From the NCBI GenBank assembly GCA_031291995.1, contig JARLHZ010000025.1, positions 156,266-220,265 on the forward strand: a stretch of 64,000 nucleotides of DNA. The letters run 5' to 3'. The DNA is from Candidatus Doudnabacteria bacterium (GTDB lineage Bacteria; Patescibacteriota; Doudnabacteria; UBA920). This document shows positions 27,183 through 37,160 of the stretch, piece after piece (the first letter of the stretch is position 1; each line of letters starts with the position of its first letter). The notes under the pieces are model-generated. The model had not been told where the DNA came from, made no database searches, and worked only from the letters and a program-made list of their open reading frames with translations. The position numbers were made by a program, and so were the translations under genes.

Positions 27183-29465
27183 TTAAATTTCTCCCCCGGT
27201 TTTTGCCGACTTTTTGTTTTGCCAAAAATATAATGACAGCCATAATAAAGCCGCGGCCATTGATAGCTTCCAACCATAACCGTAGCCAAAGTCTTTCGGG
27301 TGGTAGCGGATAGATAAACCGTTTTGTCCGGCCGCGGGAACCTCAACGGCTCTCAATCCCATGGCATTTTGCATGGGTATGACGGCAGTTCCCCATTCCT
27401 CGGACCAGCCGGGGTAATAATTGTCCGTGGTAACTAAATAGCTGCCCATTGGGGCGTTATAAACTATATTTTCACTGCCGTCCTCTAATATGGTAAACCC
27501 AACCGCCGGCGTAATCAAATTCAGATTTTTTCCCTGTTGGATGTCCGCCAGTTTATTATCCAAGTCCGCTAAACTTCCCGCTTGTATTGTAAAAGCCCTA
27601 GGCAAAGGATTGTTGAGTTTTAAAACCGAATAATTGTTATCCTTAAAGGCCAGGCTGACATCGGTAGGATGGGCTTTTAAAAAGTCCAGACCTTGCGCGG
27701 CCGGATACAACAGATATCCGGCGCTCAAAAAACGCAATGCGTTTAAATTCGGGTCGCTGAATGTGTATTCCGGAGAGTAATTGTAATTACCAATCGCCGA
27801 TTTAAGCTTTTTGTTACTGGTCAAATAAATCGTGTCGTGGTCATTGAGCTCGTCAATGTGATACCATGTGCCGATGTTGGGCAACAAATTATCCCCATAG
27901 GTAAATACGCGGTAAAAGTTTTGGGAATATTGATTTTGTAAGTATGTTAATGCCGGCTGTTGCGGGTAAAAATTTTGCGGCCGCGCGGTTTTCATAAAAA
28001 TCATGCCGTGAATGGCGGTTTCCAGACAAACCAGGGTAAACAGTAAAATTATGGCCGATTTGTTTGACAGTCGTTTTAAAATCAGGTACGCGATTATCAG
28101 GTTCGCAAAAAATGCGGCAATCAGCGCGTCCTGCCACAAACTGACTGTATGCCAGTCCAGATTGTGGGCAAACTGCCAACCATGAGTGGCAAGACGATTG
28201 GCTAATATCAGCATGATGGAAAACGCGAGAAATCCGCCAAACGACCAATTTAATCGTTTTCGACTGACTTTTTCATTCAAAATATTTTCCAAACCAAACG
28301 ACGCAAACACGGAAGCGAAAAATGCCCACAAATAGAGCAGGCGGTTATTGTAGTTTAAATTGAATCCGGGAAGCTTATTTATGAGCGAGTAAATAACCGG
28401 GGCATGGTATACCAATGCCAGGCTAAGCAACGCGGCCGCTATAAAAAACCAAATTTGTTTTTTCATTGTCCGCCCAAACGCGCAAAGCCCCAAAAGCAAT
28501 CCGGTAATTCCGATATAACCCAAAGCCAGTTCGCCATAGTTTGGCACCAAAAGATAGCTAAAGTTTTTTACACCGGTATTTCCGTAAAAATCCGGAATTA
28601 AATTGGCCAAAAACATCAGCGGCTGGAGATAAAAAGGGTTTTCCGCGAACCCGGCCCGGTAATTCAAATTGGCGCTCAGTTTTAAATATTCCAAAAACGG
28701 CAATACGGCAACCAGGGAAATGGCAAAGCCGAGAAAATATATCGCGGATAATAAGATTACCCGCACTGTCCCCTGCTTTAAACTAAAACCGGAGCTAAAG
28801 GCTTTGAAAATAGTGTATCCGTAAATCGCGCAAAAAATATAAAAGAACGTTTGCGGGTGTCCGGCAAACAAGCCGAGGGCCGTAACCGGAGCCAGCCATA
28901 GCGCGTACTTTAAGTCAGCGCTGTTAAAGTATTTTTCAATGAGATAAAAGGACAGCGGCAATATCAAAATTACCGAAGTTAGCGGCCACAAAAACCAGAT
29001 GGCGTTGCTGTTGCAAAAGGCGAATAAAATAGCCCCGAGCAGGCTGGAAGAATGCCTGAGTTTGAGTTCCCGTAAATAAAGATAGGTAAACATACCCATT
29101 AGGAATAATTTCACAAACGCGTAAGCGCCGAGTGCGAATCGGATATTGAAAAAATAAAACAGCCAGGTCAGCGGAAAAAATACCGCGGACTGCATGTTGG
29201 CCATAAGAGGCAAGCCGTTGCCCGAAAAAACGTTCCAAAACGGAAAATGCCCGGACCGGATTATTTCGCGGGACAAATTCCACCAAGGCAGCATTTGCGT
29301 GGTAATATCCAAATAAGGAGCCACAAAATGCGCGGTGTCCACCGGCGCTAAAAATCTGCCCTGGAAAAACGACGGCGAAATAAAAATCAAAACCAGAAAA
29401 GCCAGAACTGCGGCCGCCGCGGCGGTCGGATGTCGAGAAATTTTTAAGAAAATTTTATCCAACAT
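27183..29465 (-). CDS. YfhO-family large polytopic membrane protein (putative glycosyl/polymer transferase)
   Basis: 760 aa with many TM helices. The N-terminal region (G..P.WN...G.PL.AN.QSA.FFP) resembles YfhO. Confidence 0.55.
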   Translation of the reverse strand: MLDKIFLKISRHPTAAAAAVLAFLVLIFISPSFFQGRFLAPVDTAHFVAPYLDITTQMLPWWNLSREIIRSGHFPFWNVFSGNGLPLMANMQSAVFFPLTWLFYFFNIRFALGAYAFVKLFLMGMFTYLYLRELKLRHSSSLLGAILFAFCNSNAIWFLWPLTSVILILPLSFYLIEKYFNSADLKYALWLAPVTALGLFAGHPQTFFYIFCAIYGYTIFKAFSSGFSLKQGTVRVILLSAIYFLGFAISLVAVLPFLEYLKLSANLNYRAGFAENPFYLQPLMFLANLIPDFYGNTGVKNFSYLLVPNYGELALGYIGITGLLLGLCAFGRTMKKQIWFFIAAALLSLALVYHAPVIYSLINKLPGFNLNYNNRLLYLWAFFASVFASFGLENILNEKVSRKRLNWSFGGFLAFSIMLILANRLATHGWQFAHNLDWHTVSLWQDALIAAFFANLIIAYLILKRLSNKSAIILLFTLVCLETAIHGMIFMKTARPQNFYPQQPALTYLQNQYSQNFYRVFTYGDNLLPNIGTWYHIDELNDHDTIYLTSNKKLKSAIGNYNYSPEYTFSDPNLNALRFLSAGYLLYPAAQGLDFLKAHPTDVSLAFKDNNYSVLKLNNPLPRAFTIQAGSLADLDNKLADIQQGKNLNLITPAVGFTILEDGSENIVYNAPMGSYLVTTDNYYPGWSEEWGTAVIPMQNAMGLRAVEVPAAGQNGLSIRYHPKDFGYGYGWKLSMAAALLWLSLYFWQNKKSAKTGGEI

Positions 29466-29474
29466 GGATTATTA

Positions 29475-31130
29475 CTATTTAATGTCGCGCATCTCCCGCA
29501 TGCTACGCCCGGTGTTTTCGCCTTTTCGGGCTTTGGGAGTAACCCAGAATTCAAGATACTGGCCGAACATAAGGCGGGTTTGGGCTTCCACCGCGGGAAG
29601 GCTGCCAAAAATTACCGAAACTATCGGGACAAATACCCATTGTAAATACATCATAATGCTCCGCCAGACGCTGTATTTTTTCGGCCGGGGCGGCAGCAAA
29701 ACCAGGTTAACATAAACGCTGAAAATCAAAAAAATCAGCGCCGTATTTAAAAGGATAACGGTTATTTTTGGCAAGTTATATCCGACCACGCTCTGGTTGA
29801 ACGCGTCCCCGCCCAAATACAAGGGAAGACGGCCCAAAATGACAATTAAAATGCTGGCCGTGGCCCAATTAAAATTTCCTTCCACATATTGGTACAGCTT
29901 GTAAATTTTATCCCATAACGGGGCGCCGCTTTTTAGCAATTTGGGGATTAATTGGGGGTAGTATTCCACATTGTAAGCCCAGCGGCGTTTTTGCTTATAT
30001 TGGTTGACCATGGTCTGCCAGGTGCTGTCGGCCAGGCATGTGTCCAGGGAAATTGGAATAAATAGCGGGGATACGCGGTAGTCGCCGTTATAACGCAGGT
30101 AGCATTGCCAAAAAATATAACCGTCTTCATTTACAATATCTTTTTTCCATAATCCGACCTCAAGAAGGGCTTTTAAAGTCATGGTATGCGACGAAAATGT
30201 GCGCAAACGATCCGGGCGGCTGCTTTCGGTAAATTGCCAAAAAGAATTGGAGACCGAAACTACGCGGATGATGGCGGGGCTGTCCCAAATATTGTTATTA
30301 TATACCGCGACCGGCTGGTAGCTTTGCCGGTAAGGTTTTTCCGCCAGAAGAAATTCATACATGACCCGCGAGAAGTATTCCGGATGGACAATGGTGTCAG
30401 AATCAAAATTCGAAACCAAAACCTGGGGAACCGAAATATTCAGTTTTTCCAGTTCGGGAAGGATTTGGTTAATGGCATAACTCGCGTTGGCGCTTTTCCC
30501 TTTTATTTCACCCGGCAAACCATCCGGATGGCAAGTAACGAAAAACCGGAAGAAGCGCGGTCCATATTTTTCCTTTAGTCGGCCTTCCGCCTGCCGTGAC
30601 GCCTCGCCCGCGCGCTGTTCCCCGGCTAAAACCAGAAGCATTTTTTCTTTCGGATAGTCGCTATCGGACAAAGCTTGAAAAGTCGAATCCAAAACCTCAA
30701 AACTTTCGTCGCTAAATGGGATGAGTATTAAATGATAGTATGGCGAGTTGTCCAGCGTGAGACGGCCGCCGAGAATTTTCGCGTTGACGGCCTTTATTTC
30801 GGCCTTAAAAAAGTGCCGGGAGGTGAGCGTATTGGCCGCGGCTTTTTTATCGGACAAAAATTTCTCAAATGCGGGCAGGTCTTTAAGCCTCTCCACATAA
30901 TCGCCCCAGTTAATGGTTACGCAAAATCGGAATTTTTTGTAGGCGGCTATCAGGTGGCTTGCCGTATTAACGGCTTTCATGACCCAGTATAAATCAAAGC
31001 AAATAATAAACAGAGCGGCCCAGACCGGGCGGTAATAAGACAACCAAATACTACCAAAAAAAACTACCCAGAACTGCAGTCCCGGTAGAATTTCCCAAAA
31101 TCGTTCCTGTTTTGTTCGTTTCCTGTACAT
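29475..31130 (-). CDS. Family 2 glycosyltransferase, processive membrane-embedded type
   Basis: DxD-like (NFDSDTIVHP) and QxxRW (QKRRW) motifs. N- and C-terminal TM segments as in cellulose/chitin-synthase-like GT2. Start at the internal ATG 31130, which abuts the family-2 repeat. Confidence 0.75.
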   Translation of the reverse strand: MYRKRTKQERFWEILPGLQFWVVFFGSIWLSYYRPVWAALFIICFDLYWVMKAVNTASHLIAAYKKFRFCVTINWGDYVERLKDLPAFEKFLSDKKAAANTLTSRHFFKAEIKAVNAKILGGRLTLDNSPYYHLILIPFSDESFEVLDSTFQALSDSDYPKEKMLLVLAGEQRAGEASRQAEGRLKEKYGPRFFRFFVTCHPDGLPGEIKGKSANASYAINQILPELEKLNISVPQVLVSNFDSDTIVHPEYFSRVMYEFLLAEKPYRQSYQPVAVYNNNIWDSPAIIRVVSVSNSFWQFTESSRPDRLRTFSSHTMTLKALLEVGLWKKDIVNEDGYIFWQCYLRYNGDYRVSPLFIPISLDTCLADSTWQTMVNQYKQKRRWAYNVEYYPQLIPKLLKSGAPLWDKIYKLYQYVEGNFNWATASILIVILGRLPLYLGGDAFNQSVVGYNLPKITVILLNTALIFLIFSVYVNLVLLPPRPKKYSVWRSIMMYLQWVFVPIVSVIFGSLPAVEAQTRLMFGQYLEFWVTPKARKGENTGRSMREMRDIK

Positions 31131-31140
31131 AAATGGCAGA

Positions 31141-31270
31141 AGTAATCGCGAATATACAAATTTATTATTAATATACGAAGCGGTACACTGTAAGTTAATT
31201 TTTCTATTTTGATCGGCAGACAACTCTTGGTTTCGTATATTAATTTAAGATTCGTATATTCGCGATTACT
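31141..31270. repeat. MITE-like repeat family 2, copy C
   Basis: agtaatcgcgaatatacaaatttattattaatatacgaagcgg ... ggtttcgtatattaatttaagattcgtatattcgcgattact. It fills exactly the spacer between two minus-strand genes. Confidence 0.85.
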
Positions 31271-31619
31271 AGTTGACCCTGGTTAAAAACAGTACCGCGG
31301 AAAGTAAAATAAACTCCACAAAAAAACTTACCAGCGCGCTTAACGCGGCCAAAAAATCCTGCCTATTCTTAATTGCTCGAAAAAGAGTGAAATTAACAAT
31401 TAAGATTGCCATTCCAATAGCCGGAATAAAGTAGAGGTTCCGACCCGGCCCATACCATAAAACCCCGACTAATACGTTATAATGAAGCGCAAGAGGGCTT
31501 TGACCGGGTTTGATTTTGAAATAAAGGAACAAAAATGTTATAATGTTAAGCGTTAAGGATAACGCCCAAAGAAACCAAACATTTCTGAAATAGTTTTTTA
31601 TAATCGAAATAAAATCCAT
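31269..31619 (-). CDS. Small multi-TM membrane protein (possibly GtrA-like)
   Basis: Three to four hydrophobic helices. Start placed at the internal ATG to avoid overlap with the divergent GT39 gene; start uncertain. Confidence 0.4.
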   Translation of the reverse strand: MDFISIIKNYFRNVWFLWALSLTLNIITFLFLYFKIKPGQSPLALHYNVLVGVLWYGPGRNLYFIPAIGMAILIVNFTLFRAIKNRQDFLAALSALVSFFVEFILLSAVLFLTRVN

Positions 31620-31716
31620 AAATATAATAGCGGAAAATCGCTTGATTAAGCGAAACTGGTTTAAATTATACCATATTTTCCATTTTGGCGCTATTAAAAT
31701 TCCATAATTATAAATC

Positions 31717-33528
31717 ATGAGTCTAAAACAAAAACTATTTTTACTGGTCATTATATTACTGGCGATTTTTTTTCGCTTCGCGCAAATAAAATCCATGCCG
31801 GGCGGCTTATTTCCCGACGAAGCCGCCAACGGCCTGGATATAAATTTAATGCAGTCCGGTCATCTCCAGCCTTTTTATGAAAGAGGTAACGGTAGAGAAG
31901 CCCTGTTTTTCTATATGGAATGGGCCAGCACCGCTATTTTCGGCAAAGGCCAATGGCAAATGCACGTTACTTCGGCTTTAATCGGGGTATTGTCGGTACT
32001 TATGGTTTATCTGGTTTCTTACCGTCTTTTTTTATTGGACGCGGGACCGCCCAGCACCGATTACTTGGATGATGAATACCGGCGGAAAAAAAGCCGGGCT
32101 GTTAACGTAGCGCTTTTGGCTTCATTTTTGATGGCGGTTTCAACTTGGCATGTCGTTTTATCCAGAACGGCGCTTCGGGCAAATTTAACGCCGTTATTAG
32201 GCGCGCTTACTTTGTATTTTTTGCTGAGAGTTTACCAGGCGGCGAGCCAAAAGTCTAAAATTTGGTTCGGGTTACTTACCGGACTCGCCTTCGCGCTGGG
32301 TTTTTACACATATATCGCGTTCCGGATAATGGCGCCGATTTTGTTTATGATTATTGTCTGGCCCATGCTGGCCGCGATTATGCGGCGGGAATTTTGGAAA
32401 ACAATTAATGTTTACAAAAAGGCATTTATCGGATTTTTTGCGGCTTTTCTGCTGTCGGTCTCCTGGATAGCCGTATATTTTTACCATAATTTTGACTTTT
32501 TTATCGGTCGCAGCGGACAGGTCAGCATTTTTAATCAAAGCCTTTACACGGTTAACGGCCTTCAGCTCGTCAACAAGCCACCATTGCTTGTCGTGTTAAG
32601 TGTTTTTTGGGAAGTTACGAAGACAGCCGTAATGGGTTTTTTTACCCATGGTGATTTAAATTGGCGGCAAAATATATCGGGTTTTCCCCTTCTGTCACCC
32701 TTAATTAGTCCGTTTTTTGGCGTAGGACTTGCCGTAATTTGCGTATTAGGTGTGTGGTATTTTTTTGCGCCGAATAAGCGAGCTTCTTATTGGAAATATT
32801 TCTTGCTCACCGGCTGGTTTTGGGGCATGATGCTTCCCGAACTGGCCACGGCTGAAGGTATTCCCCACGGTCTGCGATCCGCCGGCGCAATCGCTCCCGT
32901 GTTCATAATCGCGGCCTGGGGACTATTCGAATTCGCGGGGTTGGTTTATAAGCTTCACAAGAGGCTATGGCAGCGGTCGCTTTGGCGGGCGGGCGATCCC
33001 GCATGGATTAAAGACGCGGCGCTGACTCCTCCGGGAATGAGAATCGTAAACTTGTCTTTAAAAATTTTAGTCGTTTGTTTTTCTTTGGCGCTCATTTTGC
33101 AGACTTATTTTTTGTATTTTGTTTACGCGGCCAACAGCCCGGAATATTTTTATTCGTTTCGGGCCGACCTGACCCCAGTGAGCCAATATCTGGTAGATCA
33201 CTGCGATCAATCCCTCGTTGCCGGCGACGGTTCGACTAAAGACCGGACGTTTTTAATTATTGATACATATTCCGAACAGACAACCGAATACTTAACTTCC
33301 GATCCCAAAGGCAATTTTGGCCAGCCCTGCAATGTCCCTTATAAAATTGTCGATCCGGCACACGCCTGGGAATTGCCGCCGCTTGAATCCGGACAGCAGG
33401 TGGTGTTTACCCAAAGCACGATTTACGATACATTTAAATTTAAACAACATCATCCCGAAGCGCATTTGTATATTGAAGTTCGTAATCAGTTTAACCAGGC
33501 GGTTATGGCCGTCTACAGGAGCGAATAA
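31717..33528 (+). CDS. ArnT/PMT-like glycosyltransferase (GT39/GT83 fold), copy 1
   Basis: N-terminal GLFPDEAANGL acidic-loop motif after TM1 (as in PMT_2/ArnT), about 12 TM helices, large C-terminal periplasmic domain. Confidence 0.7.
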   Translation: MSLKQKLFLLVIILLAIFFRFAQIKSMPGGLFPDEAANGLDINLMQSGHLQPFYERGNGREALFFYMEWASTAIFGKGQWQMHVTSALIGVLSVLMVYLVSYRLFLLDAGPPSTDYLDDEYRRKKSRAVNVALLASFLMAVSTWHVVLSRTALRANLTPLLGALTLYFLLRVYQAASQKSKIWFGLLTGLAFALGFYTYIAFRIMAPILFMIIVWPMLAAIMRREFWKTINVYKKAFIGFFAAFLLSVSWIAVYFYHNFDFFIGRSGQVSIFNQSLYTVNGLQLVNKPPLLVVLSVFWEVTKTAVMGFFTHGDLNWRQNISGFPLLSPLISPFFGVGLAVICVLGVWYFFAPNKRASYWKYFLLTGWFWGMMLPELATAEGIPHGLRSAGAIAPVFIIAAWGLFEFAGLVYKLHKRLWQRSLWRAGDPAWIKDAALTPPGMRIVNLSLKILVVCFSLALILQTYFLYFVYAANSPEYFYSFRADLTPVSQYLVDHCDQSLVAGDGSTKDRTFLIIDTYSEQTTEYLTSDPKGNFGQPCNVPYKIVDPAHAWELPPLESGQQVVFTQSTIYDTFKFKQHHPEAHLYIEVRNQFNQAVMAVYRSE

Positions 33529-35153
33529 TGAATATACTAAAAAAATATTGGCCGATTATTGTAATAACTTTAATCGGCTTGGGCTTCCGACTCAGTCACA
33601 ATATCGGTATTTCCATTTGGCACGACGAGGCGTTTTCCGCGCTGATGATCCGTTACGGCTGGGGGGAAATGTTCCAAAGGCTGGCTATGGACGTTCATCC
33701 CCCGATGTATTATATCGCGTTGCGAATTTGGCATTACGCCTTTGGTGACGGTATGTGGTCGCTTCGCGGTTTTTCGGTATTATTTGGAACTCTTACGATT
33801 CCGGCTGTATATTTATTTGTCAAAGAGTCCTTTAAAAACGGGAAAATGGCACTATGGGCCGCCGGTTTAGCCGCAATTAACCCTTTCGGGCTGCAATTTT
33901 CCACGGAAGCCAGAATGTATACTTTTGGCGCGTTTTTTGCCCTTATGGCATCTTACTTTCTGGTTAAAGCTCTGCGGGAGCAAAAGAAAGTTTTTGATGA
34001 CGATCAATTAAATATGCCGAACTTGCCCCAGGATATCAGGCTGAAAAAAGAGTTGGTCTGGAATTATTTGGGATTTGTGGTTTGCTCGACCATTATTGTG
34101 TTAACGCACTATTATTTGTTGTTTACAGCTGCGGCAATCATGCTGTACGGTCTGATTTACTGCGTGCGATATTATCGGAAAAATTACCGGCAATACCTGT
34201 GGCTTATTGCTTCTAGTCTTTTGGTTGTCGTCGGTTTTTTGCCCTGGCTCAGGCAGTTTTTGGGCCAGCTGCGTTCCGTGGGCGGCAGTTATTGGATCCC
34301 CGACATGACATGGTGGAGCATTCCTTCAACCCTGTGGACAATTCTGCTTGGGTTTGCAAACGATACCACAAAATCATCAACACAACTTTGGCTTGTAATT
34401 TTAACCCTGTTCAGCGGGTATTTTTTCTGGCGTTTTGTCAAAAAAACCGATCAATTTGAAAAGTGGCTGGTTATTCTGGCGGTTGTTATGCCTTTTGTCG
34501 GTTCCGTCCTATTTTATTTAAAAAGTATTTCCTGCGGCCATACCGGAGTTAATGGTTCGCTCGTTTGCCATGGGCGTTCACTTTACCAGGATCGTTACTT
34601 TTTGTTTGCCGCCGTTTTTTACACAATCGCGTTCTCGGCCTTTTTGTCCGAATTAAAAAACCGAGTCTGGGCCCGGGTTTTACTGGCCGGTTACATTCTG
34701 CTTAATCTGGTAGCCATAAAAAATTATTGGGCGGAGTTAAATTTGTCCGCAAAACCGGGCATGAACGGCGCGGCGCGGTATTTGGGGACCAATGTTGAAC
34801 CCGGTCAGCGTGTATTTTTGGGAACCAGCTTTGAATTTTTTAATTACAAATATTATGAGCAGACTTACTACCATGTCCCAACTCCCCCGCTTCTCTACAC
34901 CGGCGGCCGCGCCGATGTCAGCAAAATGTCTTCGGTTGAGGGGTCGGCTCTTTTAAGTAACTCCGATTTGGCTCCCAGTTACGCCCAATATGCCCATTCC
35001 GGCGATACTGAATGGGTCGTTTGGACTTATGCATTTGGCGGCAACCCGCCCGATGTCCCGGGAACGTGGAATAAAATTTCCGAAAAAACTTTTGACGATG
35101 TCCGCCCCTATTTGGGCACCACTATATATGTGGATGAGTACAAAGTTAATTAG
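33528..35153 (+). CDS. ArnT/PMT-like glycosyltransferase (GT39/GT83 fold), copy 2
   Basis: WHDEAFSA motif after TM1. ATGA overlap with the preceding paralog. Confidence 0.7.
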   Translation: MNILKKYWPIIVITLIGLGFRLSHNIGISIWHDEAFSALMIRYGWGEMFQRLAMDVHPPMYYIALRIWHYAFGDGMWSLRGFSVLFGTLTIPAVYLFVKESFKNGKMALWAAGLAAINPFGLQFSTEARMYTFGAFFALMASYFLVKALREQKKVFDDDQLNMPNLPQDIRLKKELVWNYLGFVVCSTIIVLTHYYLLFTAAAIMLYGLIYCVRYYRKNYRQYLWLIASSLLVVVGFLPWLRQFLGQLRSVGGSYWIPDMTWWSIPSTLWTILLGFANDTTKSSTQLWLVILTLFSGYFFWRFVKKTDQFEKWLVILAVVMPFVGSVLFYLKSISCGHTGVNGSLVCHGRSLYQDRYFLFAAVFYTIAFSAFLSELKNRVWARVLLAGYILLNLVAIKNYWAELNLSAKPGMNGAARYLGTNVEPGQRVFLGTSFEFFNYKYYEQTYYHVPTPPLLYTGGRADVSKMSSVEGSALLSNSDLAPSYAQYAHSGDTEWVVWTYAFGGNPPDVPGTWNKISEKTFDDVRPYLGTTIYVDEYKVN

Positions 35154-35360
35154 AATATAAAACTGATTTCATACACGAAATTGGTTAATTAAAAACAAAC
35201 AAAAAAGCCTGTATTAACAGGCTCATTTGTATTGTAGCACCAACCAATTTAGTTACCAGTCTCATAAAAATATCCTTCCGCAAGGAGGGATTTTTTATAT
35301 TCAAGGCGGGACGGGTAGTCATGCCAAGGCCGGCGTCTCGGCGTTGGCATTTAATAGAAT

Positions 35361-36044
35361 TTATCCTATTACCGTGCCTTGAAAAGAATCACCGTTTAAT
35401 ATATTTTGCAGATTTTTTAAGTTTTTTCCATTGGCGATAATCACTTTAAGCTTTAAACTCTGGGCCAGTTTGGCGGCCGTTGGATCAAACGGCAAGTTTT
35501 TGCCCGGATCCCATTTATTGCCGACAATTTTTCGGAAATCAGTCCAGTTGATTGCCTCTATCTTTTTCGCGTCTTTAAATTTGCGAGGGTCTTTGGTATA
35601 GGCATAATCCTGATCGAATAAATTTATAATGTAACCCGCGCTATAAGTTTTTGCCAGACGCACGGCGTCATCGTCTGTACTCCTGCCCGGGATCCATCCG
35701 CCTCCGACCAACACCGGGCGGATAACCGGCAGCTTTTTATTCGGGTCCACGACAATTTCTATATGGGCCAGTTTCCCAAAAATTAGTTTGATGAATTCAG
35801 CGTTCAGTCTGGTAGCTGCTATCCCCATCCAGTCAAGCTGATTGGAGCTGATATTAGAATCCAGTTTTTTTAAAGCGCCCAAATATTCCCTGGCCGGCCG
35901 GCCTCCGCCAGTAATTATTATAAATCGGTGCCCCTTTTTTATTTGGGACATCACCATTTTTCGAAAATCTTTTAGGAAATTGGTATCAATCGACCCCGGG
36001 TTAATTATTGACCCGCCTAATGAAATTACAAATGTTTTGCGCAT
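35361..36044 (-). CDS. pyrH: UMP kinase, archaeal-type (amino-acid-kinase fold)
   Basis: ISLGGSII, ITGGGRPAREYL and VLVGGGWIPGRSTDDDAV align with archaeal PyrH. Start at the internal ATG (MRKTFVISLGGS). Confidence 0.7.
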   Translation of the reverse strand: MRKTFVISLGGSIINPGSIDTNFLKDFRKMVMSQIKKGHRFIIITGGGRPAREYLGALKKLDSNISSNQLDWMGIAATRLNAEFIKLIFGKLAHIEIVVDPNKKLPVIRPVLVGGGWIPGRSTDDDAVRLAKTYSAGYIINLFDQDYAYTKDPRKFKDAKKIEAINWTDFRKIVGNKWDPGKNLPFDPTAAKLAQSLKLKVIIANGKNLKNLQNILNGDSFQGTVIG

Positions 36045-36094
36045 GGTCGTTAGCTCTATAATAATCCGCATCCGCGGATTATTATAACGGATGT

Positions 36095-37063
36095 TTAATT
36101 ATTACTGTTAGGGGTTGATGTAGTTGAGTTATTCGGCACCGGAATAGAATTTACACAAGGCGCGGATTTACTGCATGTATAAGCCCTGTCTTTAAAACGC
36201 ATGTCAACGTAGTAGAGATTCTTTAAGTCGCCCGGGGACATTTGCGACAACAGCAGGTTCAGGCGATTAATCATTTCGTCCGAATCAAAATCCAGATTGA
36301 ATTTTACCAGATAACCCGCCTTTAAGTAAACGTCTATATCCCCGCTTTCCAAATTCGGGAGTTCGTAATAGTCGATTGGGCTTTTGGCTATCCCGGGAAG
36401 TTTTTGCTGAAGACTGCCAAGAAACTGGCTTTCATCCGCGGTAAATAATTTTTGGCCCACGGGAATATAAGGATTATTATCCAATTTAATTATTGCGAGA
36501 TTTGAAGGCAAAGTCCCGGAGGCGTTAAGTTCTGCTTCTCCGGTAACCAGGCCGTCGGTGGACAGGGTAAAATTGCTAGAGCTGGCGGTTATTAGAAGGT
36601 ACTCGTCGGTTCGCGGCGTAAAACTTACGAGTAAAGTGTCGGGTAATTTTTTGGTAATTTTATCGACTGAAAGTATCTGCTGGTCCTGAGCTAATAAATA
36701 ATTTTGCAATCCGATTTTTGACATAAGCAGTAAATTTTTTTGCGGCCAGGGAGTTTTTTTGTCCAGGTATAGGTTTGTCAGAGTCTCAGCGCGTCCCCCG
36801 TCGGCCCCGGAAATCCGAACATTTTTTATAAAGAAAAGATTCGGAATAAATACTAAATAAATTAGAAAAATCAGAACCGCGCCGGTAATTATCCGGCTTA
36901 TCCAGGAGCCCAAGCCGATTTTAGCCAAAAAAACACCCCCGGCGGTCGGCGGTTTTGCTTTGGCCGGTCTTTTGTATCCCCGGGCGCGCTTCAGCTGGCT
37001 GCGGAACCGGGGGTTTTGCCAGCGGATTTTAGAGTCGGTTTTGTTCTTTGTTTGTCCGAACAT
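36095..37063 (-). CDS. FtsQ/DivIB-like cell-division protein (POTRA domain)
   Basis: Basic cytoplasmic N-terminus, one TM, then a POTRA-like region (IKNVRISGA...LPDTLLVSFTPR). Confidence 0.5.
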   Translation of the reverse strand: MFGQTKNKTDSKIRWQNPRFRSQLKRARGYKRPAKAKPPTAGGVFLAKIGLGSWISRIITGAVLIFLIYLVFIPNLFFIKNVRISGADGGRAETLTNLYLDKKTPWPQKNLLLMSKIGLQNYLLAQDQQILSVDKITKKLPDTLLVSFTPRTDEYLLITASSSNFTLSTDGLVTGEAELNASGTLPSNLAIIKLDNNPYIPVGQKLFTADESQFLGSLQQKLPGIAKSPIDYYELPNLESGDIDVYLKAGYLVKFNLDFDSDEMINRLNLLLSQMSPGDLKNLYYVDMRFKDRAYTCSKSAPCVNSIPVPNNSTTSTPNSNN

Positions 37064-37064
37064 A

Positions 37065-37160
37065 AAAATTTGAAATTACAAATTTCAAATGCATGTCAAA
37101 TATTGGAATATTGGCATTTGAAATTGTTCGAAATTTGTAATTTGAATTTGATATTATGGT
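37065..37160. repeat. AT-rich inverted repeat (tttgaaattacaaatttcaaatgc ... gcatttgaaattgttcgaaatttgtaatttgaa) between serS and ftsQ-like gene
   Basis: Roughly 24-bp arms; probably a terminator or attenuator for serS. Confidence 0.55.
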
